Translations under genes and position numbers: made by a program | Assembly: GCA_013388845.1 (NCBI GenBank) | Contig: JACAEN010000011.1 | Span: 45,686-109,685 of the forward strand | Direction: 5' to 3' | Length of the DNA stretch: 64,000 nucleotides | Source of the DNA: Chloroflexota bacterium | GTDB lineage: Bacteria; Chloroflexota; Dehalococcoidia; GIF9; AB-539-J10 | Notes under the pieces: generated by a model | The model's database searches: none | The model's input: the letters and a program-made list of their open reading frames with translations, nothing else | What the model was told of the DNA's origin: nothing | In this document: piece by piece, positions 59,137 through 64,000 of the stretch | How positions within the stretch are numbered: position 1 is the first letter of the stretch | Layout: the number at the start of each line of letters is the position of its first letter

Positions 59137-61803
59137 TTGCAGCCGATAACCATTACCCTTGATGGTCGTGAGGTAAGTGGCTACCTGGGGATGACCATCC
59201 TAGAATTGGCATGCGAATCTGGCATAGAAATTCCGACACTCTGTCACGATAACAACTTACCTTCGACTGGCGCTTGCCGCGTCTGCCTGGTAGAGAATGA
59301 ACAAAATGGAGCGCTGCTGGCATCTTGTGTTACACCGATAGCGTCGGGGATGATAATCAACACGCATTCCCCACGAGTTATAGAGCGCCGCAAAACCATA
59401 GTCAAGTTGATGCTTGCCAGCCACCCTGATTCTTGCCTGGTATGCGATAAAGGCAATCGCTGTCAGCTACGTCAAATTGCCTCAGACCTGGGCATTGGAT
59501 TGGTGGAGTTGCAAAGGATTCCCCAGATGGCTAGCATCCAGGAGGTTAATCCTTTCTTGGAACGGGATTTAAGCAAATGTATACTGTGCGCTAAATGCAT
59601 TCGAGCTTGTCAAGAACTGGTCGTTGAAGGTGCTATTGATTACTTTAGAAGAGGATTTACGACTATACCAGCGACGCTGGACAATGTGCCGCTGGAAAAT
59701 TCTGAGTGCACTTTCTGCGGAACGTGTGTGGCGCTGTGCCCGACAGGCGCGCTGGCAGAGAAGGAGAAAACATATAGAGGAACAACTCAGACTGTTGTCC
59801 AGACGACCTGTCCCTTTTGTGGCTGTGGCTGTAGCATCCGTCTGGAGGCCAAGGATGGCTGTGTAGTGCGGGTCACGCCGGGCCGGGAAAGTTCCGTGAA
59901 CAAAGGCACGCTCTGTGTGAGGGGAAGCTATGGCTGTGATTTTATCCATAGCCCGGACAGGTTGCTCAAGCCCCTGATCAAGGTCAACGGTAACTTTGAG
60001 GAATCGTCCTGGGAAAAAGCTTTGCAACTGGTAGCCACTCAATTCCAGCGAATAAGAGACGAACACGGGAGTGACAGCCTAGCTGTTTTGGGCTCATCCA
60101 AGTGCACTAACGAAGAGAACTATCTTTTGCAGAGATTCGCCAGGGCTGTGCTGGGCACCAACAATATTGATAATGGTGGTCGCTTGTACACCTCTGCCAG
60201 CCGTGTCGGTTTGGGGTCCTCACTTAGCTTCTCTGGCACCACAAATTATCTCAGTGACTTGGAACAAACTGAGCTTATACTAGTTATCGGGGCTGACCCC
60301 GATTCTTCAGCCCCGGCTGTCAGTTATGCTATAAAACGTGCTGTCAAACAGCGCGGTGTCAAACTATTGTTGATAGATCCTCGGCAGACAAAGCTCACTT
60401 TGTTTGCCCGCCTTTGGTTACGCCCTAAAGTCGGCACTGACGTGGCTCTTATAAATGGTCTAGCCAAGGTGATTATTGATGAAGGCTTGCTGGATGAGGA
60501 ATTCGTCGCTAGAAGAACAGATAACTTTGGGGCTTTTGGAGAAAGCTTGAAAAAGTATACCCTGAAGTACGTCGAGGAGATTACTGGCGTTTCAGGTCAA
60601 GAAATTCGTACCGTCGCTCAGCTTTATGCCAGGGCAAGCCGGGCGGCAATTGTCTATGGCACAGGAATCACGCAACATATCACAGGAACGGATGGCGTCA
60701 AGGGCTTGGCAAACTTGGCGTTACTGACGGGAAATATTGGGCGTAAGGGAGGTGGCGTCTATGCTCTGCAAAGAGAAAACAACGGACAAGGCGCCTGCGA
60801 CATGGGAACATTACCCAAATTCCTCCCCGGATATCGGAGTGTAACGGATGCCGAGGCCAGAAAAAAGTTCGAGGAGCGTTGGGGAGCAAGTTTGCCAGCT
60901 GAGGCTGGGCTAACAGCCCTGGAGATTATGGAGCAGACAAAAAAGGGAAAAATTAAAGGCATGTACATTGTTGGAGAAAATCCCGTCTCGAGCTTTCCCA
61001 ATTCGAGGCTTATTGCCGAAATTCTAGCTTCACTTGATTTCTTGGTGGTTCAGGACATGTTCCTTACGGAAACGGCCAAAGTGGCAAATGTAGTTCTGCC
61101 AGCGGCAAGCTTCGCCGAAAAAGACGGTACGTTCACTAATTTTGAGGGCAGGGTGAACAAAGTGCGTAAAGCAATCGAGCCCATTGCTGAAAGCCTGCCA
61201 GACTGGGAAATAATCATGCGCTTGGCTGATAGGATGAATTACCCATTGCCATTTTCCTCTCTACAGGATGTCATGAGTGAGATTGAGGAGTTAGTTCCTT
61301 CATACGAAGCCTATACTGATTCGGAAAGACAGGATGAGTTAGCCTATGGAGTGAGAGGGCGCACCTATGGTAGTCAACTCTTAAAGGGATTTGCCCGTTT
61401 CTCCCCCGTTGAATATACTCCACAAGCGGAGAAGAGAAAATCGGATTACCCCTTTACTCTACTCACCGGGACTATCCTTTACCACTTTGGCACTGGCAAC
61501 AGGAGTTCCAGGGCTTGGCGTCTGAGGAAATTTTTCCCCCAGTCTTTTTTAGAAATTTGTGAGTCTGACGCCAGAAAACTTGCCATCGCTGATGGTGAGA
61601 AGGTCAAGATAATCTCACCTGTAGGCGAGGTGACTACCATCGTCAAGATTAGCGATACGCTGCGTGAGGGGATGCTCTTTATGCCAATTTCATTCTCAGA
61701 GACTCCGGTTAATGCGCTATTCGACATTGTCTTAGAGCCCGAGACAAAAGCACCCTCATTGAAAGCCTGCAGCGTGAAAATGGAGAAAATTCCTCCTTCT
61801 TGA
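59137..61803 (+). CDS. formate dehydrogenase alpha-like molybdopterin oxidoreductase with NuoG-type Fe-S N-terminus
   Basis: IPTLC..GACRVC, HPDSCLVC..C, two dicluster motifs, CPFCGCGC, GENP, QDMFLTETA and EKDGTFTN; TTG 59137 after AGGAGG. Confidence 0.92.
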   Translation: MQPITITLDGREVSGYLGMTILELACESGIEIPTLCHDNNLPSTGACRVCLVENEQNGALLASCVTPIASGMIINTHSPRVIERRKTIVKLMLASHPDSCLVCDKGNRCQLRQIASDLGIGLVELQRIPQMASIQEVNPFLERDLSKCILCAKCIRACQELVVEGAIDYFRRGFTTIPATLDNVPLENSECTFCGTCVALCPTGALAEKEKTYRGTTQTVVQTTCPFCGCGCSIRLEAKDGCVVRVTPGRESSVNKGTLCVRGSYGCDFIHSPDRLLKPLIKVNGNFEESSWEKALQLVATQFQRIRDEHGSDSLAVLGSSKCTNEENYLLQRFARAVLGTNNIDNGGRLYTSASRVGLGSSLSFSGTTNYLSDLEQTELILVIGADPDSSAPAVSYAIKRAVKQRGVKLLLIDPRQTKLTLFARLWLRPKVGTDVALINGLAKVIIDEGLLDEEFVARRTDNFGAFGESLKKYTLKYVEEITGVSGQEIRTVAQLYARASRAAIVYGTGITQHITGTDGVKGLANLALLTGNIGRKGGGVYALQRENNGQGACDMGTLPKFLPGYRSVTDAEARKKFEERWGASLPAEAGLTALEIMEQTKKGKIKGMYIVGENPVSSFPNSRLIAEILASLDFLVVQDMFLTETAKVANVVLPAASFAEKDGTFTNFEGRVNKVRKAIEPIAESLPDWEIIMRLADRMNYPLPFSSLQDVMSEIEELVPSYEAYTDSERQDELAYGVRGRTYGSQLLKGFARFSPVEYTPQAEKRKSDYPFTLLTGTILYHFGTGNRSSRAWRLRKFFPQSFLEICESDARKLAIADGEKVKIISPVGEVTTIVKISDTLREGMLFMPISFSETPVNALFDIVLEPETKAPSLKACSVKMEKIPPS

Positions 61804-61852
61804 GAGGGAAACATTAAGGCTTGTCTATAGCAGAACGAAGGAGCAAATCAAG

Positions 61853-62341
61853 ATGGGTAAAAAAGAGACGGTCAAAGAGGTTGACCTGACACGGATAAAT
61901 GCTATTGTTTCCGAATATAGTGAGCAGAAGTGGGCGTTGATACCGTTGCTGCAAAAAATCCAAAATGAATTCGGGTATATCCCTCCTCAATCTATACCAA
62001 TCATAGCCAGGAATTTGCAACTTTTCCCCAGTCAGGTGCAAGGGGTCATTAGTTTTTATACCCAGCTCTATACTCAGCCGCGAGGCAGAAAAGTTGTGAG
62101 GGTTTGTCGGGGAACAGCTTGCCATGTGCGGGGAGGGAAGACGATACTGAAATTGGTTAAGCAGCACCTGGGTATAGAGGAGGGCGAGACCACCCCTGAT
62201 TTGGAATATACTTTGGAAACTGTAGCCTGCATTGGCGTTTGTGCTCTGGCCCCTAATATAGTCGTGGGTGACCATGTCCATGGTCATATGAACCCTAAGA
62301 AGGTGGAGCAACTGTTTAAGAACCGAAGGAGCAGAGGGTAG
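61853..62341 (+). CDS. NuoE/HydC-like 2Fe-2S subunit
   Basis: LIPLLQ.IQ..FGYIP, VCRGTACHVRG and ACIGVCALAP motifs. Confidence 0.93.
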   Translation: MGKKETVKEVDLTRINAIVSEYSEQKWALIPLLQKIQNEFGYIPPQSIPIIARNLQLFPSQVQGVISFYTQLYTQPRGRKVVRVCRGTACHVRGGKTILKLVKQHLGIEEGETTPDLEYTLETVACIGVCALAPNIVVGDHVHGHMNPKKVEQLFKNRRSRG

Positions 62342-62342
62342 C

Positions 62343-64000
62343 ATGAAAGACCATCGTACTGTTTTCGTCTGTCAGGAGACGCCATGTCTTTCTATGGGGT
62401 CTGATGCTGTCTACGATGCACTTAAGGCGGACGTAGCTCGGCAGGGAGTGAAGAACGTTGTGGTGGAGACCAGCGGTTGCCATGGCCATGGCCTTTGTGA
62501 GCGAGGTCCCAGCGTAGTTATTGAACCCGAAGGCATTTTCTACATCGGTGTTCAAGCCGAGGATGCTGGGGAAATTGTCACCTCTCACCTTCGAGATGGC
62601 AAACCTGTAGGACGACTTCTTTACCACGACCCTGTGAGTGGCAAGGTCATACCTCACTATTCGGAGATAAACTTCTACAAAAAACAGCAGCGCATTATCC
62701 TACGCAATTGTGGGCATATCAATCCAGAAAAAATTGAGCACTATATTGCTGTTGGAGGTTATCGGGCGTTGAGGAAGGCTCTTTTGATGACTCCTGAACA
62801 AATTATCGAGGAGGTTAAAAAATCTGGTCTGCGTGGGCGAGGTGGTGCTGGTTTTTCCACTGGTCTCAAGTGGGAGTTTTGCCGCAAATCTCCTGGAGAT
62901 AAGAAATACGTGATTTGCAATGCGGATGAAGGTGACCCCGGGGCTTTCATGGACCGCTCCATCCTGGAAGCAGACCCTCACGCTGTTATTGAAGGGTTAA
63001 CTATTGCTGGATATGCCATAGGTGCCAACGAGGGCTATATCTATGTCCGTGCTGAGTATCCCTTGGCAGTGAAGCGAGTTCACACTGCTGTAGAGCAAGC
63101 TCGACAGAAAGGCTTTCTGGGTAAAGATATCCTTGGCTCGGGCTTTGATTTTGTAGTGCACATCAAAGAAGGTGCTGGAGCTTTTGTCTGTGGTGAGGAA
63201 ACAGCTTTGATAGCTTCTATTGAGGGTCGGCGGGGCATGCCGCGTCCTCGCCCCCCATTCCCCGCTCAATCAGGATTAGAAGGTAAGCCTACCAACATCA
63301 ATAATGTGAAGACATTGGCTTCTGTCCCTGTGATCATTGACCGCGGGGCTGATTGGTTTGCCGCTATCGGTACAGAAAAGAGCAAGGGGACAGCCGTCTT
63401 TGCCCTCACGGGGAAGATTGCCAATAGTGGATTGGTAGAGGTGCCTATGGGCACTCCTTTATCCACTATAATCTTTGATATTGGGGGTGGTATTCCCCGG
63501 GGCAAGCGCTTTAAGGCGGTGCAGACTGGTGGTCCTTCCGGTGGCTGTATCCCGGCTCGGTTTCTCGATTCCCCGGTGGAATATGAAACACTGGCTCAAT
63601 TAGGCTCGATTATGGGCTCTGGCGGCATGGTGGTGCTGGACGAGACCACCTGTATGGTGGATGTAACCAAGTATTTCTTGAGCTTCACTCAAGCGGAGTC
63701 CTGTGGGAAGTGTGTTCCTTGCCGTCTGGGAACCAGGCAAATGCTCGAAATATTGACCAGAATCACTCAGGGCAAAGGGCGTGAACAGGACATAGATACC
63801 CTGCTTACCATAGCCAAGACGGTTAAGGAATGCTCGCTCTGCGGTCTGGGCCAAACCTGTCCCAACCCCGTGCTCACCACTCTCAATTATTTCAGAGACG
63901 AATATGAAACTCACATAAAAGAAAAGAAATGCCCGGCTGCCGTCTGCGATGCCCTCATGATATCACCGTGTCAACATACCTGCCCGGTAGGAATCAATAT
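62343..64000 (+). CDS. NuoF/HydB-like FMN subunit, probably fused to a GltD-like domain (runs off the window end)
   Basis: Not in the ORF track. Manual translation: MKDHRTVFVC...GLRGRGGAGF...CNADEGDPGAFMDR...GAFVCGEETAL...SCGKCVPCRLG...SLCGLG...CPAAVC...SPCQHTCPVGIN. Confidence 0.93.
   Translation, partial: MKDHRTVFVCQETPCLSMGSDAVYDALKADVARQGVKNVVVETSGCHGHGLCERGPSVVIEPEGIFYIGVQAEDAGEIVTSHLRDGKPVGRLLYHDPVSGKVIPHYSEINFYKKQQRIILRNCGHINPEKIEHYIAVGGYRALRKALLMTPEQIIEEVKKSGLRGRGGAGFSTGLKWEFCRKSPGDKKYVICNADEGDPGAFMDRSILEADPHAVIEGLTIAGYAIGANEGYIYVRAEYPLAVKRVHTAVEQARQKGFLGKDILGSGFDFVVHIKEGAGAFVCGEETALIASIEGRRGMPRPRPPFPAQSGLEGKPTNINNVKTLASVPVIIDRGADWFAAIGTEKSKGTAVFALTGKIANSGLVEVPMGTPLSTIIFDIGGGIPRGKRFKAVQTGGPSGGCIPARFLDSPVEYETLAQLGSIMGSGGMVVLDETTCMVDVTKYFLSFTQAESCGKCVPCRLGTRQMLEILTRITQGKGREQDIDTLLTIAKTVKECSLCGLGQTCPNPVLTTLNYFRDEYETHIKEKKCPAAVCDALMISPCQHTCPVGIN

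Noticed and set aside
1301-63914. Numerous 60-240 aa ORFs antisense to or overlapping recognised genes (e.g. 32131-32760, 48389-48952, 58209-58919, 61814-62344)
   Set aside because: Shadow ORFs of well-supported genes, with no motifs or RBS.

Overview
Bacterial chromosome segment. Gene content and order (guaB3, a beta-propeller gene inside the yidC operon, type 2 IleRS, leaderless starts) suggest an anaerobic Chloroflexota, probably Dehalococcoidia; this is an inference. Bases 1-33 kb are housekeeping genes: aroC/aroE, alaS, rho, pyrG, ileS, rpsF-ssb-rpsR-rpmH-rnpA-yidD-yidC-jag, thiL/tsaE/tsaB, ndk, ftsH, metG, rsmI and guaB3. They are interspersed with at least three families of short palindromic repeats, one of which appears inside reading frames in all three phases. 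The strongest candidate for an undescribed system is a 10.4-kb co-oriented cluster (33113-43544) bracketed by two near-identical tRNA-Thr genes. It encodes HdrD-like and stripped-down HdrA-like redox proteins, a small CxxC protein, a methyltransferase, two tandem Tes/TrsS-like radical SAM paralogs, a PaaK-like adenylating ligase and an MFS transporter. Bases 43.8-55.6 kb are accessory singletons, including a secreted caspase-family protease and an ECF sigma/beta-propeller anti-sigma/serpin module. The window ends with a two-component system and an FdhA-like/NuoE/NuoF(-GltD) complex whose molybdo-subunit lacks the catalytic Cys/Sec-His. No CRISPR array, rRNA, integrase or transposase was seen. 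All family assignments come from motif recognition; no searches were run.
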